NCBI GenBank assembly: GCA_964016885.1
Contig: OZ024746.1
Span: 5,208,001-5,272,000 of the forward strand
DNA length: 64,000 nucleotides
Reading direction: 5' to 3'
DNA from: Eledone cirrhosa
Taxonomy: Eukaryota
Below are positions 45,676 through 59,898 of this stretch, in pieces (the stretch's first letter is position 1; each line of letters begins with the position of its first letter). The translations under genes were made by a program, and so were the position numbers. The notes under the pieces were generated by a model. It saw only the letters and a program-made list of their open reading frames with translations, made no database searches and had not been told where the DNA came from.

Positions 45676-45893
45676 TATATTGAGAGGGTCGTGGGCAGAG
45701 TCCTCCAACACTCCTTCCAGTGGGTCCTGTCAGAAGCAACCCTCTCCAGCTGATCCAGCTGGATCCCCAAGCGAGACCAGCCAAGCTCATGGATGTTATC
45801 CAACCATCTTGTTCGGTGGGGTGTACCCCTGGGTCTCCTGCCGGTTGGTTTTGCACGTAAAGTCCGTCCTGCGATTCTTTTCTGAGACATTTT
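45676..45893 (-). mobile_element. RTE LINE ORF C-terminus (Rex3/Expander-like)
   Basis: MSQKRIAGRTLRAKPTGRRPRG..RTRWLDNIHELGWSRLGI..LERVASDRTHW. Confidence 0.88.
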
Positions 45894-46226
45894 AACGTAT
45901 TTTTTTATCGCTAAAAACGAGACAGCCTGCTCATGAAATTAAAACTGTGTGACAGGGTTGACCTTTTGAATTACAAGTACGGTTCATCCGATAGATCTCC
46001 AAACTGTTTCCCTGTATCTAGCTTCGCGCAACCCCAACACCGCTGCACTCGAGGCCCAGTGTCCTTCCCTCCCCCATGGACCATTGTTTATATACTATAT
46101 GAATAGTCAGGAAGGTACGGAAATGACAAAAATATATAATACACATTTACGAATGGCCTAAATAACATATAAACACACACGTACACTTACACACACATAC
46201 ATACTCATACATACTCATACCACGTT

Positions 46227-46258
<32 letters not shown>

Positions 46259-46803
46259 CATAAAAACACACACATATATATATATATATATATAAAAACA
46301 TACACACACTCATATATATATACATACAAACACACACACACATATATATGTATGTATAAAAGTGTGTGTTTATATTATAAATGTTATACAGTAAATGTAA
46401 GTTTAATGGTTTATCATAAAATAGATTCAACATTTTCTCCATTTCATGTGTTTTTGTCTAGATATACATACATATATTCATACATATATACATATACACA
46501 TACATACAGACATGCACACATATGCATAACATAAACGCACATATTTAAATATATATAACAAAACGTTTATTTGTTTGTAGAGTCGATTCACTGACAGAGA
46601 AATATATATATGTATTATTAGATCTTTAACATTGTCTATACTTCAGTTATGATAGAGACATCATCCCCATAAAGTGGCAAGGAAGAGTATAGGAGAGACT
46701 CGCTAGAAGAATTGAATAAACGATAGGTTAAAGTGAATATGACGGCAGCTTCTCTGGTGTGTAAAGGGCAAAACATGTGATAAATAGCTAGAAGAATATA
46801 GCT

Positions 46804-46934
46804 AGCTATATAGAGATATCATATAGACAGCTATATAGAGATATCATATAGATAGCTATATAGAGATATCATATAGACAGCTATATAGAGATATCATATA
46901 GATAGCTATATAGAGATATCATATAGATATCATA
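46804..46934. repeat. 25-bp minisatellite, ~5 copies
   Basis: Unit agctatatagagatatcatataga(c/t). Confidence 0.92.
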
Positions 46935-46936
46935 TA

Positions 46937-47122
46937 TGTTTCTACTTTAGGCACAAGGCCAGCAATTACCCAGTGCATTACTGGTACTTTATTTTATCGA
47001 CCCCGTAAGGATGAAAGGCAAATTTAACCTCGGCGGGATTTGAACTCAGAATGGCAAGGGCCGTAACTCCATACGTCAAAGCATGGCGTTTGACCCTATA
47101 CCGATACTGCCAATCCACGCCC
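46937..47122 (-). mobile_element. tRNA-derived SINE (Meta-domain-like), full length
   Basis: Reverse complement closely matches 40163-40346. Confidence 0.9.
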
Positions 47123-47136
47123 AATATATATATATA

Positions 47137-47821
47137 GTAATAATAATAAATGTGAAGATCCCCTTAAGGGTGAAAGCAGCGATTCTTTGCTTAAACTTTA
47201 ATCTGTTGTTTTAATATATATATATATATAGTAATAATAATAAATTTGAAGACTAAAATCCGATATATATACATATATATATATACATATATATATATAC
47301 ATACACACATATATATATATACATATGGTTATATATATATGTATATATAGTAATAATAATAAATTTGAAACTAAAATCCAAAGAGGGCTCGATAAGGATA
47401 AATATATATCAAATATATAAGAACCGTAGAGCAAATATTTATTAAAATAACAGATTAAAGTTTAAGCAAAGAATCGCTTAACGGGATCTTCTGAAACTAA
47501 CAAAGTCAATCTGTGAACGCAGAAGTGAATATTTCAAAAAACGTTGCAACCGGAGAAAGACAGGAAGACTTATGACGTATTATCTTCGTTTTTTTCGTTC
47601 ATTGCCAGAGAACGTCTCTATGAACCACCTAATAGAATATTAGTCTACGACTTCTTTTATACCATAAACGTGGTTTTGTCTTTGCGTGTAATTGTTTTTC
47701 ACCGCTCCTATTAATGACGTATTATATTCGTTTTTTCCCGTTCATTGTCAGGGAACGTTTCCACGATCCCGTTAAGGGTGAAAGCAGCGATTCTTTGCTT
47801 AAACTTTAATCTGTTATTTTA

Positions 47822-47826
<5 letters not shown>
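47137..47826. mobile_element. Cluster of family E PLE termini in (TA)n
   Basis: 47137-47215 (inverted terminus fused to hammerhead), 47230-47261 (terminus only), 47349-47500 (minus) paired with 47766-47826 (plus) as a fold-back with spacer. Confidence 0.75.
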
Positions 47827-47880
<54 letters not shown>

Positions 47881-47884
47881 ACCA

Positions 47885-47950
<66 letters not shown>

Positions 47951-47953
47951 TGG

Positions 47954-48038
<85 letters not shown>

Positions 48039-48042
48039 GAAA

Positions 48043-48224
48043 TAAGTTTATCCCGGGTTTAATCTGGGATAACCACCGTAAGTAAGGTACTCAATACAAA
48101 GCAGAGTATAAATATTTAATATAGAAAAGGCTTCTACAGGACTAGAACTGTTTCATTCGGGAGAAATCTTCAGGAAGCCCTGATGATTTCTCCCGAATGA
48201 AACAGATCTAGTCCTGTAGAAGCC
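48043..48224. mobile_element. PLE-derived fold-back element family A
   Basis: Minus-strand terminus 48043-48179 and plus-strand hammerhead 48180-48224. Confidence 0.85.
48129..48179 (-). ncRNA. Complete type-I hammerhead ribozyme
   Basis: GGCTTC-CTGAAGA-t TTC tccc GAA t-GAAA-CAG ttctagtc CTG-TA-GAAGCC; perfect 6-bp stem I; GUA triplet. Confidence 0.85.
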
Positions 48225-48263
48225 CTCCTCTCTCTATCTCTCTCTCTCTATATATATATATAT

Positions 48264-48451
48264 ATAGATGAGATTCTACAGGACTAGAACTGTTTCATTC
48301 TATAGAAATCATCAGAGATTACTGATGATTTCTATAGAATGAAACAGTTCTAGTCCTGTAGAATCTCATCTATATTAAAACTTTTATACTCTGCTATGTA
48401 TTGAGTACCTTACTTACTGTGGTTACCTCCGATTCAACCCGGAATATCTTA
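48264..48451. mobile_element. PLE-derived fold-back element, family A variant
   Basis: Perfect ~52-bp arms 48264-48315 / 48322-48373, each with a hammerhead core; plus arm runs on to the terminus. Confidence 0.85.
48315..48367 (+). ncRNA. Type-I hammerhead ribozyme with covariant stem I
   Basis: GAGATTa-CTGATGA-t TTC tata GAA t-GAAA-CAG ttctagtc CTG-TA-gAATCTC. Confidence 0.8.
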
Positions 48452-48498
48452 CCTATATGTATATATATATATAATAAAATAATATATATAATTATATA

Positions 48499-48536
<38 letters not shown>

Positions 48537-48623
48537 TATCTGTTATTATTTTATTTTTTTATTTTTTTCTGGCAATATTATTACAACAATATGACCCCCC
48601 ACCCCCAAGTATAACAATATATA

Positions 48624-48741
<118 letters not shown>

Positions 48742-48742
48742 T

Positions 48743-48775
<33 letters not shown>

Positions 48776-49303
48776 GCAGTTATATAGATATATAGATCGA
48801 TATTCCAGAAAAGAGACAGATATTTGCAAATATATAGAATAGAAAGAAATTACGTGACATGTTCAAGGATCTTTATATATCTATTTATTGTATCATAAAT
48901 ATTTCTTTTCCCGGTCGATCGACTTCTCATACTAACCACGGTTGCATGTGGCTGCTCACATGCAAGCAGACGTTTATTCCTTGACAGTCAATGTTACATT
49001 ATAGGCTTTTAGTTCCACATAAACAGAAAAAAATGATCGAATTGTAAAAAAAAAAAGAAAATCTCCAAAATGGAGGACATCAAAAGTTTTAACTGGCAAA
49101 TGTTATCATTTTGAGTGTAGGTAGATAGTGCCGTAGGTTCAACGTTTTTGTTAGTAAATCGAAACTACAGTGCAATACCGTTTATCAGCTGTAGACATTT
49201 AATTACCATAACCGATAAAGTCATTAACAGCCCATCATTTCATTAATCCATAAATATCTAGGTAGGTCTTCTATCTTGGATAACAATATACATAATAATA
49301 ATG

Positions 49304-49340
<37 letters not shown>

Positions 49341-49389
49341 CAATAGCAACGACTCTCATTAATAATTGGGTGAAGAAGATACTAGTACG

Positions 49390-49494
<105 letters not shown>

Positions 49495-49921
49495 GTGTGT
49501 GTGGTGTGTGTTGTGTGTGTGTGTGTGCGTGTGTGGTGTGTGTATGTGTATATATGTCTGTGTGCGTAGGCAACATTTACCATTTTCGCCCCGTCCTTGG
49601 TAGAACGAAAACCTGTTGATGAACTGAATCCTCTGTTCGATCATGAATACCACAAGCTTGCCAGTCACGTAAGTCTGATATTTGATTTCGGATTCATAGA
49701 AACACCTTAAACGTATAACGTTTGATTTGTCCAGGTGTATTTTTCTCAACCTGTTAGTTCTTTCGTTACTTTGGTATATTGTGTGTTAGATTTTGCCTAC
49801 CACAATGTTCGATTTGTCAAGCTATTTAACTCATTTCATATAGAGGCCGAATTTGCTTGCAAACCGCCAGAGATTCGATTTGACTAAGTATCCAATTATA
49901 TATATATATATATATATATAT

Positions 49922-50103
49922 AAGTTTATCCCGGGTTCAATCAAGGGTAACCTCAGTAAGTAAGGTACTCAATACATAGCAGAGTATAAATATTTAATAT
50001 AGAAATGGCTTCTACAGGACTAGAACTGTTTCATTCGGGAGAAATCATCAGGATTTCTCCCGAATGAAACAGTTCTAGTCCTGTATAAATAGTCTATATT
50101 AAA
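49922..50103. mobile_element. PLE-derived fold-back element family A (minus-strand hammerhead core 50007-50051)
   Basis: aagtttatcccgggttcaatc..ggcttctacaggactagaactgtttcattcgggagaaatcatcag|gatttctcccgaatgaaacagttctagtcctgta; (TA)n on both sides. Confidence 0.85.
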
Positions 50104-50925
50104 TATATATATATATATATATATATGCATGCCAAAAGTAAAGAGTAACAACTTGCTGTTTCTTTGACTTTTAATCCCCTGAAATAAACACAAAGCCACA
50201 TATTTTAAAGGGATGGTATAGTAGACCCTAAAATGTGACTGGTACTTGTATCAACCACAGCATGATGACAGGAAAATTGGACCTAGGTACGTTTTGAATT
50301 CAGAACGTTAATAGAAGTTGTACTATGGAACACCACGTATAAGTATAAGTAATAGAATTATGTTAAGGAGATGGATTATTACCAAACTATTAGAAAATTA
50401 AATTCAGCAACTGCAAAGTCAGTCGTTTAATCAGAGAAATGGAGTGACCACTCTATCTTCCTTTAAGATACAGTTTAACCATCACTAGATTTCCCAATGT
50501 GTTTTAAAAATGAATAACACATTAGGAAGTTTGCTCAAAGCTTGATTTGGGGAGGATTTAGCTAACAGGCTGGTGTGTGTTTTCCCAACTGGAAGAATCT
50601 TCCCACAGTAATTCCCGAAAAATATAAAAGGAAAATAATTTGGAACACACGCTATCAATGTCGCATTTGAAAGCAGTCGTCACGTGAGACCATAAACGGC
50701 AGCGATTGGCTATCGCTATGGCACTTATGTATAAACATATGGTGCATATTTTCAGATTTATTCATCTCAAGTTTTCATATTAAGGGATTTAGATGTCAAA
50801 ATGAGAACAAAAAAGTCTCATAAAACATTATCTCTTCTATTTACAATTTTTTCCTGGAAAGACCCACAATACACACAACAGAATGACACCTTGGAATAAA
50901 ATGATAAAGAAAAATACAGGAAGAT

Positions 50926-51125
50926 GATAAGGCTTTGATAAAGGCTTTGATAGGCTTTGATAAAGGCTTTGATAAAGGCTTTGATAAAGGCTTTGATAGG
51001 CTTTGATAAAGGCTTTGATAAAGGCTTTGATAGGCTTTGATAAAGGCTTTGATAAAGGCTTTGATAGGCTTTGATAAAGGCTTTGATAAAGGCTTTGATA
51101 AAGGCTTTGATAGGCTTTGATAAGG
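50926..51125. repeat. 10/12-bp tandem repeat
   Basis: ggctttgata(aa) units with a 34-bp higher-order pattern. Confidence 0.95.
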
Positions 51126-51249
51126 TTTTAGAATAAAACACTGACATGAAGATGAAGGCATTTTACATGTTTAGGTTATTGTGAATTATGTATGTATGTA
51201 TGTATGTATGTATGTATGTATGTATGTATGTATGTATGTATGTATGTAT

Positions 51250-51595
51250 GTCCCACTCTCTTAACCACGATGATATTTACCAAAAAGAAGAACAAGTCAA
51301 CATCATTGGATACCATCAGGGTTGCAGGTGTTATATCAGAGTTTTTCTTTGCTCACGATTTAAAGCTTCACGGCACAGGCATTGCTTTATATCTGGAGAT
51401 CTCTCTGTACTTGTCGTCACATGGTACCATGGGCCCAGTACTATGTGTCAATAATTGTCACAAGTGTAGTGTTTGTACCAGAGTTTTCAAGTCGCTGGCT
51501 GGACTAAAAAGTCACACTCGTTCAGCGCATTGGTAGGGGTTCTCCTACATGGATATAAAGTAGTGGCCGTACTCGAAAACGAGTTGGCAGCCACC
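51250..51595 (+). mobile_element. RTE-derived non-autonomous element with C2H2 remnant and 5' inversion, in (TATG)n
   Basis: CSVCTRVFKSLAGLKSHTRSAH* at 51465-51536; 51250-51347 inverted relative to the 62816 and 14574 copies. Confidence 0.8.
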
Positions 51596-51951
51596 TCTAT
51601 GTATGTATGTATGTATGTATGTATGTATGTATGTATGTATGTATGTATGTATGTATGTATGTATGTATGTATGTATGTATGTATGTATGTACGTACGTAT
51701 GTATGTATATATGTATGTAAGATAAAAAGAAAATATAAGTAATGAAAAGAGGTGGAAGGGGTAAAGAAGAGCACATCTGGCTGTATAGAAAAGTAGAGGA
51801 GAAGACTATAAATGCCATAAATGATAGAAAAAAGGAAGAAAAAAGAAGCTCAAAACTTTAGCAAAGATTCTGCCGCTACCGTCGTTGCTATTATCAAAGC
51901 AACCAGATGCGTTAATTTGTTAACGACAGCAACAGTTGACTGATAAAATGA

Positions 51952-52241
51952 CAAGTCAGTCAATCATATTGGTGGCCTTCCCCCAGCCCCGGCGGACAGA
52001 ATGGAGAAGGCATTTCCCCGGAGGAGGGCAAGGGAGACGTGCTGGAAAAGCCATTCCAACTGGCGAGGCTCACACCTGTGGCTGGCCAACTCAGCGCCTA
52101 TGGTGGTGAATAGGGAGGTAGCTTTAGGACCGAGGACACCAGAAGTCTCCACTACCAAGGGTACGACCGCAAACCTGTCGGAGAGTGACCGGTATTTGGA
52201 TAGTTTGGCCTCCTCAGCCCGACGTGCAGGGGTAGTCGCAG
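51952..52241 (-). mobile_element. CRE-clade non-LTR retrotransposon 3' end (restriction-like endonuclease C-terminus)
   Basis: ARRAEEAKLSKYRSLSDRFAVVPLVVETSGVLGPKA..WLFQHVSLALLRGNAFSIL matches CRE K..KY..F.P..VET.G.WG..QR.S.A.QRGNA.S.L. Confidence 0.85.
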
Positions 52242-52498
52242 ACTATCTCTACACTTAACTCCTCTGGCCTATCTTCTACAACTATTTTCGTGTCACTTCT
52301 TTTGTGTAGCATTAATTTGACCACTGTGACGTCATTATTAATATTGTAACCAGAATTATCTCATTCAGCAGCATACACACACACAGACACACACACACAT
52401 TATCCTCTACTACTACTACTACTACTACTACTACTGCTGCCACCACAAGCTTTTTGATAATCACTAGCTCTATCTATCTATCATACATGCATACATAC

Positions 52499-52588
<90 letters not shown>

Positions 52589-52773
52589 GTGTGAGTGTGT
52601 GTGTGAGATGCATGAGGAAAAAGAAGCCATGAATTGTAATTAGTTGAACAAGCTCAAAAATTTGCTGAACACTAATTTAAAGATGTAAAGATTTGTTGTT
52701 TTCGTTTCTCATGAAAGTAATTTATAAAAGCATTCTTGAAATTTTTACAAATATTCGTCTAATTCTTTATTAA

Positions 52774-52808
<35 letters not shown>

Positions 52809-52829
52809 CACACACATATATATATATAG

Positions 52830-52860
<31 letters not shown>

Positions 52861-52899
52861 GACACACGCACAAACATACATATATATACGCACACACAC

Positions 52900-52930
<31 letters not shown>

Positions 52931-53179
52931 TATATATAGACACACACATACATATATATATAGACACACACACACATATATAGACACACACACATATATA
53001 TATACACACACACAGGCATATATATAGACACACACACACACACATATATATAGACACACACACAACTAAAAACCAAATACATCCAAGCAATCTCTTCTGA
53101 CGTCATTTCTAATAATTCAATAAGTAAAACGATTTGTCAACTAAAGTGTCAATAGAGAGATTATATTCCTCAATAGATT

Positions 53180-53440
53180 ACTCTGCTCCTCCTCTTCCTC
53201 TCTCCATCTCTTCCTCCTCCTCTTTTTTACTCTCTCCATCTCCTCCTCCTTTCACACTCTCTCTCTCTATCACTTTTTCCCTCTCTCTCTCACTTTCACA
53301 CACACACTCTCTCTCTATCACTTTTCCCCTCTCTCTCTCACTTTCACACACACACTCTCTCACTTTCTCCCTCTCTCTCTCACTTTCACACTCTCTCTCA
53401 CTCACTTTCGCCCCCTCTCTCTCTCTCACTCACTTTCTCC

Positions 53441-53484
<44 letters not shown>

Positions 53485-53637
53485 TTCTCCCTCTCTCTCT
53501 CACGTTCACACTCTCATTCACTCACTTTCTCCCTCTCTCTCTCTCTCTTTCTCCCTCTCTCTCACTTTCTCCATCTCTCTCTCACTTTCTCTCTCCCTCC
53601 CTCACTTTCTCTCTCTCTCTCTCTCTCTCTCACACTT

Positions 53638-53675
<38 letters not shown>

Positions 53676-54390
53676 TCCTTCTTTCTCTCTCTCTCTCTCT
53701 CTCTCCCTCCCACTCCCCCCTCTCTCTCACTTTCTCTCTCTCTCACTCACTTTCTCACTCTCTCTCTCTCACTTTCTCTCTCTCTCCCACTTTCTCTCTC
53801 ACTCACTTTCTCTCTCTCTCACTCACTTTCTCTCTCTCCCTCTCTCTCTCTCACATTCTCTCTCTCTCACTCACTCACATTCTCTCTCTCTCACTCACTC
53901 CCCCTCCCTCTCTCTCATCCCCCTCTTTCTCTCTCACTCACTTTCTCTCTCTCTCTCTCACATTCTCTCTCTCACTCACTCTCTCTCACTTTCTCTCTCT
54001 CTCACTCCCTCTCTCTCTTACTGTTTCTGTTACTCTACGTCGTTTTATGTGTTGAGTCTCTGTGTGAGCCACCTACCGTCTCTGTGGCTAGTGAATGTGT
54101 TTCAGTGTGGACAACACTCACACATACACTCTCACACATACACTCTCTCACTCACACATACATACTCTCACACATACAGTCTCTCACACATACACTCTCT
54201 CACACATACATACTCTCACACATACACTCTCTCACACATACACTCTCTCACACATACACTCTCTCACACATACACTCTCTCACACATACATACTCTCACA
54301 CATACACTCTCTCACATATACACTCTCTCACACATACACTCTCTCACACATACACTCTATCACATATACACTCTCACACATACATACATA
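53180..54390. repeat. (CT)-rich polypyrimidine tract followed by ctcacacatacact-type repeat
   Basis: Directly visible. Confidence 0.92.
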
Positions 54391-54549
54391 TTGGCTTCAC
54401 AAAGCCCATCATAACTTCTCTATACGAAGTATTATTCACTTAAAGTTCTCAAGTAATTAACAACTAAACGAGGCTCGACCCTAACCAATACAGAACAACA
54501 CGGAAACAATGAAGTCCAAATATACAATGTAAAGAGGATAACAGTATAA

Positions 54550-54900
54550 CCATACTTTCAAGCATAGTTACGTCCCTTTACGATCTGAGTTCAAATCCCG
54601 CCGAGGTTGACTTTGCCTTTCATCCTTACGTGGTCGATAAAATAAAGTACCAGTAATGTACTAGGTAATTTGCTGGCCTTGTGCCTAAAGTAGAAACAAT
54701 TATTATTACTAGCAGAGGGCGGTGGATTGGCAGTATCGGTAGAGGGTCGGACGCCATGCTTTCCAGCATAGTTACATCCCTTTACGATCTGAGTTCAAAT
54801 CCCGCCGAGGTTGACTTTGCCTTTCATCCTTACGGGGTCGATAAAATAAAAGTACCAGTAATGCACTGGGTAATTACTGGCCTAAAGTAGAAACAATTAT
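54550..54900 (+). mobile_element. Two tandem SINE copies (first 5'-truncated)
   Basis: 54550-54703 and 54717-54900, same family as 39968. Confidence 0.9.
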
Positions 54901-55982
54901 TTATTCAAAGTAATCCGACTTATTTTACAAACGGGATAAAAAAATATATTCTGGACGCTGTTCCGCACTTCTTACTTTATTATAGTTTAGATTTTGGTTA
55001 CAAATACGTCTAAATAACTGAATAACTTAACAAACAAACCCCAGGAAATTTTCATTACATAACTTTTAATAGTGGTACTGGTTAAAGTTGGTTTATATGT
55101 TGCTATAGAATTAGTGCAGAGCAATTCGATGCTATTATTAATAGAAATTAGGATATTCCAGAGTGGTTCACAATTGGTAGAACAGTTTTATATGCCAAAG
55201 ATGGTTCTAATGGAACTGTTGTAGATAACTAGCGACTAATATCATGTCTTCCACTTATGTAGAAACTACTCACAGGAAATAACTCATGAAATATATACCA
55301 TCTTAAGTGATAATGACGAAAGTGCCGCTGGACCAAGAATCAGCTGCTCATGAAAGATTGTAATGCTGGGGATTAAGGTAACGTTTTCAAAGGAACTGCT
55401 TATCTCCCTTGACGAATAACTTAAGAAATCCCAGGAAGTATTCATTGCCTCACTTTTAACTGTATTAAAGAGACAAGAGGAACTTTCTCTCCTTGTAGAA
55501 AATGCAAACTCCATCAAATGTAATTTTTTCGTAGCCCAAATTTGTATTTTACATTTTGGTAAACGAAAACAATTAAATGTGTGTTGTATAAGGACAGGGA
55601 AATCAAATTACACATCAGAATATGGTAGTTGTACATCTTAGCCAGCCAACCACTTTGTTTCTACCACTCGCTCAAAAACCGAAACATTTTTCGTGCTGTA
55701 TTTATCAATGGAGCATTTGGGTAAATATTATCGATTGTCTGTCATGTTGAGTCGACTGTGGTTATCAAACCATCTGCACGACTGTACAAGATTTTCTTTA
55801 CTAATGGAGAAACACACGGGTTTTGACATTTGGGTCTAACAGTATAGTTTGCATGACATCTGGATATTTCTTATGTTGCAGATTTACGATTTATAGTAAC
55901 TATAAAATAAGAAACTACCAAGCACGATAGGTCACTGAATTACCAACTAAATCTCTCATGCAATATAATTAACATCAATCTG

Positions 55983-56054
<72 letters not shown>

Positions 56055-56064
56055 GCTGCTGCTC

Positions 56065-56097
<33 letters not shown>

Positions 56098-56121
56098 GTA
56101 CTACTGCTGCTGCTGCTGCTC

Positions 56122-56153
<32 letters not shown>
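55983..56153. repeat. (TAC)n/(TGC)n trinucleotide repeat
   Basis: Directly visible. Confidence 0.95.
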
Positions 56154-56154
<1 letters not shown>

Positions 56155-56167
56155 TGGTCATCTATAA

Positions 56168-56298
56168 GGCGGTGGATTGTCAGAGTTGTTAGATCATCGG
56201 ACAACAAGCTTTCCTGACTTTAGTTACAACCCAAGTTCAAATTTCGCCGTGTCTAACTTTGTCTTTCTTCTTCCTCATGTCGATAAAATGTAGGACCA
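56168..56298 (+). mobile_element. Diverged SINE 5' part
   Basis: ggcggtggattgtcagagttgttaga..agttcaaatttcgccg..aactttgtctttc..gtcgataaaa. Confidence 0.65.
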
Positions 56299-56348
56299 AA
56301 CAATTATAAATATATATATATAAAATTAGCATTTTATTTCTCTCCCTA

Positions 56349-56383
<35 letters not shown>

Positions 56384-57015
56384 TATATGCAGGTAAGTGT
56401 TTTCAATTGAATTATTTAGTTCGATATATGTTACAATTAATCTGTTAAAAGTCTAAGTGAATTAAATGTTTAGGTAAACTATATTGAGGGATTTCACTAA
56501 ATCCAGGAAAAGTTAGACCTATTAATCAACAAAATAATAACAGCTACTTCCTCAATAATATTCGTTATTGTAGCTCTCAAATGATCAGAGGAGTTTAGTT
56601 GAACGAATAATATCTTTACTTGCTCTCATAAAATATTGCTGAAGTAATTATTAATTAATATAACGACTAAGATACTATGGGTATGTAGTTAGAATGTTTC
56701 AGGAAAGAGTCTCTGGACAGATTTTACGGGTAAAACTATCAGCAAAACTATAATGGGAAAATAAATGTGAAAAATGTCTGGCTCAAGTTCCAATATTCGT
56801 TTATAGATGTATCTATATATTTTAATCTGAGCATCGATTCGTGGAATTAGATATTAAGTATCAATTATGCTCATTCTTGTGTCATCAGAGAATTTATATA
56901 ATATATCAAGAAGCGATGTCAGTGGAAAGGTGTCCTTGTATCCCAACAATAAACACAATGTACACACACACAGACACACACACACACAACAGACACACGC
57001 ACACACACTACAGAC

Positions 57016-57065
<50 letters not shown>

Positions 57066-57159
57066 ACAGATATATATATATATAGTTGTTTCATTTAAAT
57101 GTTTAATTAATTCCCAGTGTTGCTCTTGCATCACTGTAACCCAAAAACTCTGTGTAAGA

Positions 57160-57407
57160 AGGCTCATGGCTTAATGGTTAGAGCTTTGCAATCGAAAGGT
57201 TGTGAGTTCAATTCTCGGACCGGGTGATGTGTTGTTTCCTTGAGTAAGACACTTTATTTCACATTGCTCCAGTTTACTCAGCTGTAGAAATGAGATGATA
57301 GGACTGGGGTCCCTATCATTAAATCACCCAAGACACCTCCAGCGAGATATACCTTGGAGGAGGCCAGCTAAACCTGATAGGTGTGAGCTGTCACAACAAC
57401 AACAACA
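57160..57407 (+). mobile_element. tRNA-derived CORE-type SINE with (CAA)n tail
   Basis: A-box TGGCTTAATGG, B-box AGTTCAATTC, tccttgagtaagacacttt..tgtagaaatgag, tail ending caacaacaacaac. Confidence 0.75.
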
Positions 57408-57879
57408 CCACATAGACTGAGACCTAACGCTGTATTGGTATATTATTAAAGATAATTTTTAATTTTCTTTACTTCAATTCATTAAATTAAGAAGTTTAGC
57501 AATGTAGGACCTTTTTCATCTCTATTGATATATATACGTCTGCCAACTGAGTGTCATTATTCAAATCTAGTTATAGTTGGATCCATTATAAAAGCTGTAA
57601 ACTGTCACAGTATATCTAGCCAGTATACCTAAGCCACAAAGCTTCAACGATATTCCTATCTGTGAAATATTACAGACTATATACAAAGGCAACTTTAAAC
57701 AATTAAAAATCGATAGAACCAGAAACAAATTTACCGATAAATGAAAGCAAATTGATTTAAAATTTCACAAACTTCACAAAAACAAAAAACATCAAATACA
57801 TTCTAGAAATTTCAATAAAAGTCCATATAAAATATCACCTATAAAATATATTGAAAGTAAAATACTATGGACATCACTG

Positions 57880-58915
57880 CATACACATGTAGATATGTGC
57901 ATACACATACACACACGTGCACACACACACACACACATACATACACGTGCACACACATACACACACGTGCAGATACATACACACACATACGCACACGTGC
58001 ACACATACACACACGTGCACACACGTGCACACACAACACACATACACACATACACACATACACACATACACACATACATACACACACATACATACACATA
58101 CACACACATAAACATACACACACGTGCATACACGTGCACATACATACACATACATACACACACGTGCACACACATACACACAGATCCCTCACACAAACAC
58201 ACCGATACGTACATGTATGCCTTGTTGAGATTGGTTTGTTGACATATGTATGTGTATGCACGTACACACACAGACACACACGCGCACACACACATACACA
58301 CGCACGCACTCACACACACACACACGCACACACACAGACACGCATACGCACACACAGACACACACACACACTCACACACACACACAGACACAGACACACC
58401 CACACACACACACAGACACACAAACACTCACACATACACACAGGCATACACATAGACACACACACACATACACACACACATACACACACACACGCACACA
58501 CACAGTCACACACACATACACACACACACACACACAGACGCACACAGACACACACACACACAGACAGACACAGACACACACACACGCACACACGCACACA
58601 CACAGACACACACACGTACACACACAGACACCCATACGCACACACAGAGATACACACACGCACACACACAAACACCACACACAGACACATACACACACAC
58701 ACAAACACACAAACACACAAACACACACACATACACACACACACACAGACACACACATAGACACACACACACACGCACACAGTCACACACACAGACACAC
58801 ACACACACACAGACGCACACACACACATACACACACACATACACACACACACACAGACACACACACATACATACACACACACACATACACACACACATAC
58901 ATACACACGCTCGCA

Positions 58916-58958
<43 letters not shown>

Positions 58959-59030
58959 ACACATATACATATATACGTGGCTATAGTTTCTATTATCTGC
59001 TGTATGCCAATATATGTTTGAGAATCTATA

Positions 59031-59107
<77 letters not shown>

Positions 59108-59898
59108 TAAATATACATACATATAAGCGTACAGCTGTATATACATCACAGCCTTGCAAACATATATATACACAGATATGTATGTGTATATGTATGTGTA
59201 TATGTATGTATATATGTATGTGTATATGTATGTGTATATGTATGTGTATATGTATGTGTATATGTATGTGTATATGTATGTGTATATGTATGTGTATATG
59301 TATGTGTATATGTATGTATATATGTATGTGTATATGTATGTGTATATGTATGTGTATATGTATGTGTATATGTATGTGTATATGTATGTGTATATGTATG
59401 TGTATATGTATGTGTATATGTATGTGTATATGTATGTGTATATGTATGTGTATATGTATGTGTATATGTATGTATATATGTATATGTATGTGTATATGTA
59501 TGTGTATATGTATGTGTATATGTATGTGTATATGTGTATATGTATGTGTATATGTATGTATATATGTATGTGTTTATGTATGTGTATATGTATGTGTATA
59601 TGTATGTATATATGTATATATGTATGTGTATATGTATGTGTATATGTATGTGTATATGTATGTATATATGTATATATGTATGTGTATATGTATGTGTATA
59701 TGTATGTGTATATGTATGTGTATATGTATGTGTATATGTATGTGTATATGTATGTGTATATGTATGTGTATATGTATGTGTATATGTATGTGTATATGTA
59801 TGTATATATGTATATATGTATGTGTATATGTATGTGTATATGTATGTGTATATGTATGTGTATATGTATGTATATATGTATGTGTATATCTATGTATG
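57880..59898. repeat. Complex (CA)n array followed by 12-bp (TATGTGTATATG)n array (59178-59898)
   Basis: Directly visible. Confidence 0.95.

Noticed and set aside
53134-54414. 426-aa ORF, longest in the track
   Set aside because: Translation of (CT)n/(CA)n low-complexity repeats; no domain
55284-55517. 77-aa ORF / possible exon
   Set aside because: No recognisable motif; the plus-strand candidate exon has stops in all frames
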